Shown: positions 25,575 through 33,617 of the stretch, one piece after another
How the letters are laid out: every line of letters begins with the position of its first letter
Position numbering within the stretch: position 1 is the first letter of the stretch
IMG/VR virus record: IMGVR_UViG_2585427779_000013
Location: 1-52,997 of that record
DNA from: a virus
Lineage: Duplodnaviria; Heunggongvirae; Uroviricota; Caudoviricetes
Length of the DNA: 52,997 bases
Direction: 5' to 3' (one strand)
Program-made: the position numbers and the translations under genes
Notes under the pieces: generated by a model
Databases searched by the model: none
What the model saw: the letters and a program-made list of their open reading frames with translations, nothing else
What the model was told of the DNA's origin: nothing

Positions 25575-26117
25575 ATGGCTAAGGGTAAAGGCATTAAGTT
25601 GCCTCAATTCAAAGTCCCGCTCTTTGAGCATACAACAGTATTCTTCTGCCCTACTCGCGATATGTTTTACGAGTTTTGCGAAAAGGCAGGGATCCCAATC
25701 GAACCTGATTTTGAACTGGCAGGAGGTTTAACACTTACTTGCACTGGCGAGAAAGGCGGTAACTTCTACGTGATCGCAGTATTCGATAATGAGCTGGGTA
25801 CGCTGGTACATGAATGCGCTCACACCACATTCCACGTTTTAAGTGATGTAGGCGTCGTAGCGACCACTGATCCAACTCATCCGGCGAACGAGACTTACGC
25901 TTACATGGTAGGCCGCATCTTTGATGCATTTTTCCCTATCCTGGCCGAATCAAACGAAGCACAGGTTGCAGCAATGCAGGCTGCTGAAGTAGTAGAGCAG
26001 GCATTAGAACAGGCAGAACAGCCGAAGAAAGAAGAAAAACCCGCTAAGAAAGGCAAACGTAAGCCGAAATCAAAAGAAGCGTATGTACCGCGCGTAATGA
26101 GCTTTAAACGAGGCTGA
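25575..26117 (+). CDS. hypothetical protein with HExxH motif and Lys-rich tail (180 aa)
   Basis: LVHECAHTTFH motif suggests a zinc-peptidase-like fold; C-terminal KKEEKPAKKGKRKPK. Confidence 0.5.
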   Translation: MAKGKGIKLPQFKVPLFEHTTVFFCPTRDMFYEFCEKAGIPIEPDFELAGGLTLTCTGEKGGNFYVIAVFDNELGTLVHECAHTTFHVLSDVGVVATTDPTHPANETYAYMVGRIFDAFFPILAESNEAQVAAMQAAEVVEQALEQAEQPKKEEKPAKKGKRKPKSKEAYVPRVMSFKRG

Positions 26118-26119
26118 TT

Positions 26120-26209
26120 ATGATTGCGTCAATATTAACGTTTATGGGTGGCGTGGCATTCGGATTCATTATTTGCCTGTTTATGGTGATTATGTCTATG
26201 CGAGGCTGA
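26120..26209 (+). CDS. mini-ORF 1 of tandem hydrophobic peptide array (29 aa)
   Basis: MIASILTFMGGVAFGFIICLFMVIMSMRG; GAGG RBS 7 nt upstream. Confidence 0.4.
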   Translation: MIASILTFMGGVAFGFIICLFMVIMSMRG

Positions 26210-26211
26210 TT

Positions 26212-26307
26212 ATGGACGCTTACATCATCTCCGGATTAATCGGTGTTTCTGTATTTATGGTGGGATTTGTTATTGCCGTGCTGATAACCGTAAAGAGTAA
26301 ATTATGA
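26212..26307 (+). CDS. mini-ORF 2 (31 aa)
   Basis: MDAYIISGLIGVSVFMVGFVIAVLITVKSKL; same GAGGCTGATTATG context as ORF 1. Confidence 0.4.
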   Translation: MDAYIISGLIGVSVFMVGFVIAVLITVKSKL

Positions 26308-26378
26308 ACTCCTACGATTTCATCTGGTTATTGGTGCTCATCGTAGGTATTGGCGTGAACATTTGCAGGCTATGGTGA
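26304..26378 (+). CDS. mini-ORF 3 (24 aa)
   Basis: MNSYDFIWLLVLIVGIGVNICRLW; ATGA overlap with ORF 2. Confidence 0.4.
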   Translation: MNSYDFIWLLVLIVGIGVNICRLW

Positions 26379-26382
26379 AAAT

Positions 26383-26457
26383 ATGATTGACCCGCTAATT
26401 ATCCTTTCTGCCTGCGTCGCTGTATGGCTGGCGATCATGATATTCATTGAAAGCTGA
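26383..26457 (+). CDS. mini-ORF 4 (24 aa)
   Basis: MIDPLIILSACVAVWLAIMIFIES; GGTGA upstream. Confidence 0.35.
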   Translation: MIDPLIILSACVAVWLAIMIFIES

Positions 26458-26468
26458 AGGTATTCACC

Positions 26469-26543
26469 ATGAATATTTACGATCTCATCTGGTGGTCGTT
26501 GGTCGCCGTCATTATCTATTTCTGGTGGAAGAATGTTGTATAG
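26469..26543 (+). CDS. mini-ORF 5 (24 aa)
   Basis: MNIYDLIWWSLVAVIIYFWWKNVV; GAAGG RBS. Confidence 0.4.
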   Translation: MNIYDLIWWSLVAVIIYFWWKNVV

Positions 26544-26551
26544 GTGAAAGC

Positions 26552-26632
26552 ATGAACGCATACGATATGCTATTGCTGGTGGCTGTTATTACAGTCATTG
26601 CCGTTGATGTGTATCGGGAGCTTAAAAAATGA
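26552..26632 (+). CDS. mini-ORF 6 (26 aa)
   Basis: MNAYDMLLLVAVITVIAVDVYRELKK; AGGTGA RBS. Confidence 0.4.
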   Translation: MNAYDMLLLVAVITVIAVDVYRELKK

Positions 26633-26697
26633 AATGGCTTGATTTCTTTTTCCTGATTGTTGCGATTGTTCTTACCATGACAGCACTGACTCAATAG
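26629..26697 (+). CDS. mini-ORF 7 (22 aa)
   Basis: MKWLDFFFLIVAIVLTMTALTQ; ATGA overlap with ORF 6. Confidence 0.35.
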   Translation: MKWLDFFFLIVAIVLTMTALTQ

Positions 26698-26705
26698 GTG
26701 AGCTA

Positions 26706-26780
26706 ATGGATGTTATCGAAGCCGTATTATTCGTATGTATCGCCGCGTTAATTATTGTTGGGGTGATTATCAATGTCTGA
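26706..26780 (+). CDS. mini-ORF 8 (24 aa)
   Basis: MDVIEAVLFVCIAALIIVGVIINV; AGGTGA RBS. Confidence 0.4.
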   Translation: MDVIEAVLFVCIAALIIVGVIINV

Positions 26781-26841
26781 TAGTGATTTCTTAATTATGG
26801 CTATAAGCACGCTGTTGGTTGTTATTGTTTTCTTCTGGTGA
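26773..26841 (+). CDS. mini-ORF 9 (22 aa)
   Basis: MSDSDFLIMAISTLLVVIVFFW; GGGTGA RBS; overlaps ORF 8 end by 8 nt. Confidence 0.3.
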   Translation: MSDSDFLIMAISTLLVVIVFFW

Positions 26842-26849
26842 GAAATATT

Positions 26850-26993
26850 ATGTTTGAATTTATCGATCTACTGATGTTCTTGCTTTGCGCTGGTGTGCTT
26901 ATTATCGCGTTAATGCTATGCGCATACGTGATTGTAATGATTGGCGCGCTCATTTACAGAGAAGCAAAACAGAGATTTAAGGGTAAACAATGA
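26850..26993 (+). CDS. mini-ORF 10 (47 aa)
   Basis: MFEFIDLLMFLLCAGVLIIALMLCAYVIVMIGALIYREAKQRFKGKQ; GGTGAG RBS. Confidence 0.4.
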   Translation: MFEFIDLLMFLLCAGVLIIALMLCAYVIVMIGALIYREAKQRFKGKQ

Positions 26994-27076
26994 AAGAATT
27001 ATTCGACTGGTTGGAAGTATTAACGTACTGCGCGACGATGGTCGTGTGTTTGTATATTCTGTGTAAATTATATTGA
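26990..27076 (+). CDS. mini-ORF 11 (28 aa)
   Basis: MKELFDWLEVLTYCATMVVCLYILCKLY; ATGA overlap with ORF 10; ends 12 nt before terS start. Confidence 0.35.
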   Translation: MKELFDWLEVLTYCATMVVCLYILCKLY

Positions 27077-27087
27077 GAGGTGACATT

Positions 27088-27573
27088 ATGGCCCGCACGA
27101 AAAAGGCAAAGGCTGAAGACAAAAAGCCAGCAGCCAAAAAGACGGGCCGTCCGCATGGCTATTCAGAAGAAAAGGCATTGGAGATCTGCGAGCTTGTGTC
27201 GGACGGCGAAAGCATTAACAAAATTTCGAAGATGCCTGGTATGCCTGCACGTTCAACAATCCTTAAGTGGTTCCGTGATGTGCCGGAATTTTCGGACATG
27301 TACATACGCGCGAAGGAGATCGGCTTTGAGGTGTTAGCTGATGAAATCATCGATCTCGCTGATGCGCCAGAGAACATCAAAAAGGAAGAGTTAAACAGAC
27401 ACCATTTGATGATTGAAACGCGCAAATGGCTATTAGCAAAACTGCAACCGCGTAAATACGGTGAACGCGTCACGCAGGAAATCGTAGGCAACAAGGAAGA
27501 AGCGCCCGTCCAGGTTGAAGTCACGAAAGAAGAGATCGCCCGCATCGTCCAGGAAGTAGAAGACGAGGTGTGA
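27088..27573 (+). CDS. terminase small subunit
   Basis: 161 aa starting MARTKKAK; basic N-terminus and HTH-like region; directly precedes large terminase with 4-nt overlap. Confidence 0.7.
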   Translation: MARTKKAKAEDKKPAAKKTGRPHGYSEEKALEICELVSDGESINKISKMPGMPARSTILKWFRDVPEFSDMYIRAKEIGFEVLADEIIDLADAPENIKKEELNRHHLMIETRKWLLAKLQPRKYGERVTQEIVGNKEEAPVQVEVTKEEIARIVQEVEDEV

Positions 27574-29054
27574 TTATGTTGTCCATCAAAGAAAGGGTTA
27601 TTCAGTCAAAATGTGAAAACGATGGCCTGTTCTTCAACCGTTATTTCTACAAGCAAGCAAACGGAACGAAGATGTTAATCTCAGGCCATCACATAGCCAT
27701 ACGTGATGCTCTACAACGCGTTATTAATGGTGAGATTACCCGGCTCATCATTAACATTCCCCCAGGGTACGGTAAAACCATGATTGCGACCATTAACATG
27801 ATGGCCCGCTCCCTCGCAATAAATCCCCGCACACGCTTCCTTCACGTTTCATACTCCGACAACCTGGCATTACTTAATTCCTCGACAGTCAGAAGCATGG
27901 TTTGTTCGCAGGAATACCAAAAGCTATGGCCCATGAAGATCCGCAACGATGCCAACAGTAAATCGATGTGGTGGACGGAACAGGGCGGCGGGATATATGC
28001 CGCATCGTCACACGGTCAGATTACGGGTTTTCGTGCTGGTTACATGGAGCCAGGTTTTAACGGCGCGATGATTATCGACGACCCATTAAAGCCCGCTGAC
28101 GCTTACTCTGATGTGATGCGGGATAAGGTAAAGAACAACTACAACGATACGCTTGCTTCACGTCTGGCAGTGCAAACAACGCCTGTTATCGTCATTATGC
28201 AGCGTATCCACTACGATGATTTGTCCGGCTACCTGTTACGCGGTGGCAGTGGTGAGAAGTGGTATCACCTTAACCTGCCAGTGAAGATCGACAATAGCAT
28301 CGACTATTGGGATCTGTACCCGGAAAACGAATTCGCTATTCCTATTGCTCATAACCTGCCGGACGGCTGGCTATGGCCTAAAAAGCACAATGACAGCCAT
28401 GAAGCCGGACTGAAAGCGCACCGTAGGTCATTCGAGGCACAGTACATGCAGCGCCCGCGTAAATTCGACGAGGAAGGCGCGTTATGGACTGAAGCCATGA
28501 TAACCGCCGCGCACCGGATGCAGATAACGCAGGACAAGATCCGCACGGTGATAGCCATCGACCCGGCGACAACATCATCTGATGAGTCAGACGAAACAGG
28601 GATTGTAGCCTGTTCAGCCTATGGTGGCGGCAAGTACGCACAGTATTCTGTAGACGGTGACTACTCAGGCCGCATGTCTCCTAACGATTGGGCGCAAGCA
28701 TCAATTAACGCTTACAACATCCATGAAGCTGACGCGATAGTTATCGAAACCAACCAGGGCGGGGAAATGGCAGAGGCCACGCTACGTAACGCCGGATTCA
28801 AAGGCCGCATTGTTAAGGTGCACGCAAGCAAGGGTAAATTCGCCCGCGCCGAGCCAATATCGGCACTGTATGCACAAGGAAGGGTGGCCCACACAGGCAG
28901 CCTGTACACGCTGGAAAATCAAATGATGGAATACGTGCCAGCTACCGCTAAAAAATCCCCGGACCGCCTCGACGCAATGGTGTGGGGTATCACTGAATTA
29001 AGCCAACCACAGGCTATGGGCCTCATGTTACCGAAGCGCCTGCGCGGATTTTAA
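27570..29054 (+). CDS. terminase large subunit (ATPase/nuclease)
   Basis: 494 aa; Walker A PPGYGKT, Walker B MIIDDP, C-terminal nuclease-like acidic motifs. Confidence 0.85.
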   Translation: MIMLSIKERVIQSKCENDGLFFNRYFYKQANGTKMLISGHHIAIRDALQRVINGEITRLIINIPPGYGKTMIATINMMARSLAINPRTRFLHVSYSDNLALLNSSTVRSMVCSQEYQKLWPMKIRNDANSKSMWWTEQGGGIYAASSHGQITGFRAGYMEPGFNGAMIIDDPLKPADAYSDVMRDKVKNNYNDTLASRLAVQTTPVIVIMQRIHYDDLSGYLLRGGSGEKWYHLNLPVKIDNSIDYWDLYPENEFAIPIAHNLPDGWLWPKKHNDSHEAGLKAHRRSFEAQYMQRPRKFDEEGALWTEAMITAAHRMQITQDKIRTVIAIDPATTSSDESDETGIVACSAYGGGKYAQYSVDGDYSGRMSPNDWAQASINAYNIHEADAIVIETNQGGEMAEATLRNAGFKGRIVKVHASKGKFARAEPISALYAQGRVAHTGSLYTLENQMMEYVPATAKKSPDRLDAMVWGITELSQPQAMGLMLPKRLRGF

Positions 29055-29132
29055 AAACCATCCCACAATCCCCCACAAGTTTTTCTATTTTTCGCGTAGC
29101 AACGCGTAAACATGTATTCAGGAGTAAACATT

Positions 29133-30506
29133 ATGCCATCCAATTTAGAATTGGCGGTTAATGCTGCCTTGTCACAACGCCAGGCGGCCTTTGCCCGCTA
29201 TGCAGCCGCTAACCCATTCACTATGGGGATCGATGCTAAACGTAACGCCGCGTGGAGTGAATACGGATTCAAAGAAGAGCTTACCTATACTGATCTATAT
29301 AAGCTGTATCGTCGCGGTGGTATTGCTCACGGGGCCATTGAAAAAATTATCACCACATGCTGGCGCGATAGCCCGGTGCTGATAGAAGGCACTGAAGACG
29401 AGAAAGCGGAAACGGAAACACCCTGGGAAAGAGAAATAAAGAAACAATTCGATAACCGATTCTGGCGTGTTATTGCTGAATGCGATCGCCGTCGCCTGGT
29501 TGGTCGTTATGCCGGACTATTGATTCACGTCAAAGATAACCAGCCGTGGGATCGTCCAGTAACAAAAGGGGTAGGCATCGCTAAATTCACTCCTGTATGG
29601 GCTGGCGCACTAACACCAAAGGACTTCGATGAAAACCCGGATAGCGATAACTACGGTCTGCCGACATGGTGGGAATACAAAGAACGCATCAACAGCAAGA
29701 CCATCGCAAGGAAAATACATCCAGACCGGATATTTATCTTTGGTGACTATTCTGATGATGCTATCGCTTTCCTTGAGCCATCCTATAACGCTTTCGTTTC
29801 GCTGGAGAAAGTGGAAGGTGGTAGCGGTGAGTCATTCCTGAAGAACGCCGCACGCCAGCTTGCTATCTCATTCGACAAAGAAATTGACTTCCGCTCACTG
29901 GCTGCAACGTATGACTGCGACGTCACAGAGTTACGCGAAAAATTCAATGAAGCCGCAGCGGAAATGAATAAAGGTAATGATGTGATGATGGCGTTACAGG
30001 GCGCAACAGTAAGCCCGCTGGTAACTGCCGTATCTGACCCGTCCGCAACCTATGATGTAAACCTGCAAACCGCCGCCGCTGGTATCGACATTCCAACGCG
30101 TATCCTAGTTGGGAATCAACAGGGTGAACGAGCATCAACTGAAGATCTCCGCTATTTCAATAACCGATGCATGACCCGCCGCCAGGAAATCGGAGGCGAG
30201 CTTGAAGAACTATTCCGCAAACTGGCAGATCTACGCCTTACCAGTGAGCCACGCGACATATCAGTGCTATGGGATGACCTTAACGCTATGACCAAAGCCG
30301 AACTACTGGAAGCGGCACACAAGATGGCGCAAATCAATCAGGCATGTCTTGCTACTGGTGAGCAGGTATTCAGCGGTGATGAGATCCGCGAAGCTGCCGG
30401 ATATGAAGGGCCAACGCAGGAAGTAGAAGTGGAAGACGAGGAAAACGATGATGAAGGTGAAGAAAATAATCAGGCGAATACCTCCAGCCGCGATAATGCC
30501 ATCTAA
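29133..30506 (+). CDS. putative portal protein
   Basis: 457 aa following terL, acidic C-terminus; AGGAG RBS before ATG 29133; assignment by size and gene order. Confidence 0.6.
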   Translation: MPSNLELAVNAALSQRQAAFARYAAANPFTMGIDAKRNAAWSEYGFKEELTYTDLYKLYRRGGIAHGAIEKIITTCWRDSPVLIEGTEDEKAETETPWEREIKKQFDNRFWRVIAECDRRRLVGRYAGLLIHVKDNQPWDRPVTKGVGIAKFTPVWAGALTPKDFDENPDSDNYGLPTWWEYKERINSKTIARKIHPDRIFIFGDYSDDAIAFLEPSYNAFVSLEKVEGGSGESFLKNAARQLAISFDKEIDFRSLAATYDCDVTELREKFNEAAAEMNKGNDVMMALQGATVSPLVTAVSDPSATYDVNLQTAAAGIDIPTRILVGNQQGERASTEDLRYFNNRCMTRRQEIGGELEELFRKLADLRLTSEPRDISVLWDDLNAMTKAELLEAAHKMAQINQACLATGEQVFSGDEIREAAGYEGPTQEVEVEDEENDDEGEENNQANTSSRDNAI

Positions 30507-31392
30507 CACCGAAGACCCGACCATGACAGGTAAGTTGCGGTCGGGCGCTATTAAGCGTTTTAAGTCCTGCCTGAAGAAAATAGCCGATCCATATATCGCC
30601 ATACTGGACAGAATACAATATAGCCTGGCTGTTAATAAGAAATACACCTTCCAGATTTACATGGATGAATTGCACGACATGCTGGAGGACGCCAGCAACA
30701 TGATTGATGAGATATTCGAACTAACCGACCCGGAAAGTTTTTGGTTCTGGCAGGAATACGTGAAGGTGGCCTATCAGCGCGGCACGGCACAGGAATACGC
30801 CAACATCGCTAACCAGTCTGTCACGTACTCAAGCGCATACCCTGATGTATCTGCCGTGTTATCAAGCACAACTTACCGCACCCGCCTTGCCCTGGTGCGT
30901 ACCCGTGTATTTGAGGAAATGCGCGGGCTGACCGCACAGATCAAAAAGGATATGGCCCGGCGATTAACTGAAGGCATGGCCCGTGGTTTAAATCCACTGG
31001 AAATAGCGCGCACATTGAATCAGGAAACGCAATTGCCACTGTACAGGTGCAAACGTATTGCCCGAACTGAAATATGCACAGCGTTACGCACAGCACGTAT
31101 GGATGAGGCCGAAGCGGCGACAGAAGAATTTAATCTGCGCACTATGCAAATGCACATTTCGGCATTATCACCGACTACCAGGCTATCGCACGCGCAGCGG
31201 CACGGGAAAACATACACCATAGATGAGCAGCGCGAATGGTGGAGCAGATCCCCAAATTCTATTAACTGCAAATGTAGCACGATTACCGTATTAGTTGACG
31301 AAGACGGTAATATATTAAACGAAAGAATATTAGATCGGGCGCAAGAAAACTATAAGGTTGCGCACGCTAAATATGGCGAAGATTGGGAGTAA
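30448..31392 (+). CDS. head morphogenesis protein (Mu F / SPP1 gp7-like minor head protein)
   Basis: 314 aa; position after portal and overall resemblance to Mu F-like family by recall; start uncertain because it overlaps the portal gene end. Confidence 0.6.
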   Translation: MMKVKKIIRRIPPAAIMPSNTEDPTMTGKLRSGAIKRFKSCLKKIADPYIAILDRIQYSLAVNKKYTFQIYMDELHDMLEDASNMIDEIFELTDPESFWFWQEYVKVAYQRGTAQEYANIANQSVTYSSAYPDVSAVLSSTTYRTRLALVRTRVFEEMRGLTAQIKKDMARRLTEGMARGLNPLEIARTLNQETQLPLYRCKRIARTEICTALRTARMDEAEAATEEFNLRTMQMHISALSPTTRLSHAQRHGKTYTIDEQREWWSRSPNSINCKCSTITVLVDEDGNILNERILDRAQENYKVAHAKYGEDWE

Positions 31393-31405
31393 AACCGTGA
31401 GTAAA

Positions 31406-31888
31406 ATGATTAACTGGCATGATTATTTCACGTATGAATCAGGTCATATTTATTGGAAAATATCACCAACTAACGGCGTACATATTGGCGATCATGCAGG
31501 CAATGACAGCGGGTTAGGATATTTGCGTGTCCGTGTCAACTATAGGTTATATCTTGTTAGTAGAATCATATGGGAAATGCACAACGGACCGATACCTGAA
31601 GGTTACGAGATAGATCATATTGACCATAACACGCTAAATAACGATATAACGAATCTAAGGATGGTAAGTCATTACGAAAATACACTAAATGCGCCAATGA
31701 GAAAAGATAATAAAAGCGGTTACATCGGTGTTATTTGGCATAAGGCGTCACGTAAATGGATGGCGTATGTACAAGTGAATAAGAAGCGCAAACATTTAGG
31801 TTTATTTGACAGCATAGATGAGGCTGTAGCCGCACGCCGACAAGCTGAAAAAGAGAACAATTATCATCCAAATCACTGGAGTGTTTAA
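31406..31888 (+). CDS. HNH homing endonuclease (paralog of 24987-25559)
   Basis: EIDHIDHNTLNNDITNLRMVSHYENT and GYIGV…W.A motifs align with the other HNH gene; track ORF begins at TTG 31358, start set to ATG 31406. Confidence 0.7.
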   Translation: MINWHDYFTYESGHIYWKISPTNGVHIGDHAGNDSGLGYLRVRVNYRLYLVSRIIWEMHNGPIPEGYEIDHIDHNTLNNDITNLRMVSHYENTLNAPMRKDNKSGYIGVIWHKASRKWMAYVQVNKKRKHLGLFDSIDEAVAARRQAEKENNYHPNHWSV

Positions 31889-31889
31889 G

Positions 31890-33155
31890 ATGTCAGATTT
31901 AATTCAAGTAAACGCAAAAATTTCATGTAATAAAATACGCAGGGAGATATACAACGGTAGGGAACACATCGTAGTCCCTTCGTATACACTCCCTTTCGGT
32001 ATCGTTATGAATCGTGAATATTACCCGGAAGCTGAAATTATCGCTAATTACCAGTCACTGGAGGGTACACTTGCCCCGCTGGGCCATCCTACCGTTGACG
32101 GTAAATTTGTTTCCGCATTTAGCCCGGAAGGATTAAACACGGGTTTTTGTGGAGCGTGGAACAGAAACGTTGAATTACGCGGCAATCGTGTTTATGTGGA
32201 AAAGTGGGTGGATATTGAAACAGCCAGCCACTCAGAACAAGGCCGGGAATTGTTGAGCAGGCTGGAAGCACTGGAGAAAGGAGAAAGCAAGGATCCCATC
32301 TGGTCGTCCGTCGCTGTATATCGTCAACGTATGCCAGCTACTGAAGAGATGAAAGCCCAGGGCGCTGACAGCGTTGTTAAAATTATGTCGATCGACCATG
32401 ACGCTATTTTACTGCATGAGCCGCCAGCCGCCTCACCTGAACAGGGTGTAGGGTTGATGGTTAATACTGACCAGGCGAAACCGTTAATGGCGGTGGCAAT
32501 GAAAGAAAACAGCTACCGCACGCTTGAGAAACAATTAACCGACGCGGCGCGGGAATTATTCCCTGATGCCGATTATGTGTACGTGGTGGACTTCACTGAT
32601 AAAGAGGTGACGATCGCCACTAATACTGAAAGTGCTCAAGTTTGCGCATATGAAAAACAGGCTGATAAAATTATTCTCAATAATGGCGAGCTTGCAACCA
32701 ACGAGGAAAGTAAATCCTGGTTTGCTCAGTTCGCTGAACACCTTTCTAATCTTTTCTCCCTGAATGAAAAAATTAAGGCCAATAAATCGGAGGACGATCC
32801 CATGCCTTTGACCAAAGAAGAACGCGCCGAACTGGTAAAAGAAATTAACGAAGGCTTAGCCGCCAATATCGCTAATGCAGTAGCAGAGGCATTAAAACCA
32901 GTACAGGCAAGCGTGGAAGAATTACAGACCAACCAGAAAGCAATTAAAGAAGAAATTGCAGCAAATGCAAATAAAGAAGTAGCAGAAAAACGCGCCGCAG
33001 TAGCAAAAGTACACGGCGAAATTGTTGCTAACGCATTAAATGGTGAAGCGTTAGAAGCAATGTTTAAATCCCTGGGTAAAGCAGCGCCGATGGCAACCAA
33101 CGCAGCAAGCGAAGGTAAAAAAGGCGAAGTACCAGACTTTAACACTTATTTCTAA
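31890..33155 (+). CDS. putative scaffolding protein / prohead-assembly protein
   Basis: 421 aa; Ala/Glu/Lys-rich coiled-coil C-terminal half; GGAG RBS; lies between head morphogenesis and capsid genes. Confidence 0.55.
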   Translation: MSDLIQVNAKISCNKIRREIYNGREHIVVPSYTLPFGIVMNREYYPEAEIIANYQSLEGTLAPLGHPTVDGKFVSAFSPEGLNTGFCGAWNRNVELRGNRVYVEKWVDIETASHSEQGRELLSRLEALEKGESKDPIWSSVAVYRQRMPATEEMKAQGADSVVKIMSIDHDAILLHEPPAASPEQGVGLMVNTDQAKPLMAVAMKENSYRTLEKQLTDAARELFPDADYVYVVDFTDKEVTIATNTESAQVCAYEKQADKIILNNGELATNEESKSWFAQFAEHLSNLFSLNEKIKANKSEDDPMPLTKEERAELVKEINEGLAANIANAVAEALKPVQASVEELQTNQKAIKEEIAANANKEVAEKRAAVAKVHGEIVANALNGEALEAMFKSLGKAAPMATNAASEGKKGEVPDFNTYF

Positions 33156-33171
33156 TTAAAAGGGGATCACA

Positions 33172-33600
33172 ATGTTTCGTTTTCGTCGTGTAAATATTGA
33201 TGGCAAGTCAATTACCGAAACCTATGCAGCCAATGAGGCGGTGAAGCCCGGTGAACTGGTTAAACTGGCTGAAGGTAAATTCGCTAAAGCAGCCCTTGCA
33301 GATGTTGGCAAGGCCCAACTTTTCATCGTTAACCCGGCATTCCATGAAGGCAAAACCATTGCTGATGAAATTGCTAAAGGTGCAACCGTTGTTGCTGATT
33401 ATGTGGAGCAGGGCCGTGAGTTTGCTCTTCGTGTCCCTGCCGCAGCATACAAAAAGGGGGCAGCTATCGCTTTCACGGCTACTGGCGTCAAGCTGTTTAC
33501 CGAGCCACTTGAATCAGCACCCGCAGATCCGATTGTCGCATACTGCCAGGAAGACGTAACCCTGGAAGCGGAAGACTTTATCCGCGTTCGCGTCGCTTAA
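33172..33600 (+). CDS. putative head decoration / capsid-associated protein
   Basis: 142 aa; position immediately upstream of major capsid gene. Confidence 0.45.
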   Translation: MFRFRRVNIDGKSITETYAANEAVKPGELVKLAEGKFAKAALADVGKAQLFIVNPAFHEGKTIADEIAKGATVVADYVEQGREFALRVPAAAYKKGAAIAFTATGVKLFTEPLESAPADPIVAYCQEDVTLEAEDFIRVRVA

Positions 33601-33617
33601 TTTAAAAGGGGGAAAAC

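Noticed and set aside
28349-28641. Minus-strand ORFs (69 and 87 aa) within the large terminase gene
   Set aside because: Embedded antisense in a strongly supported ATPase CDS.
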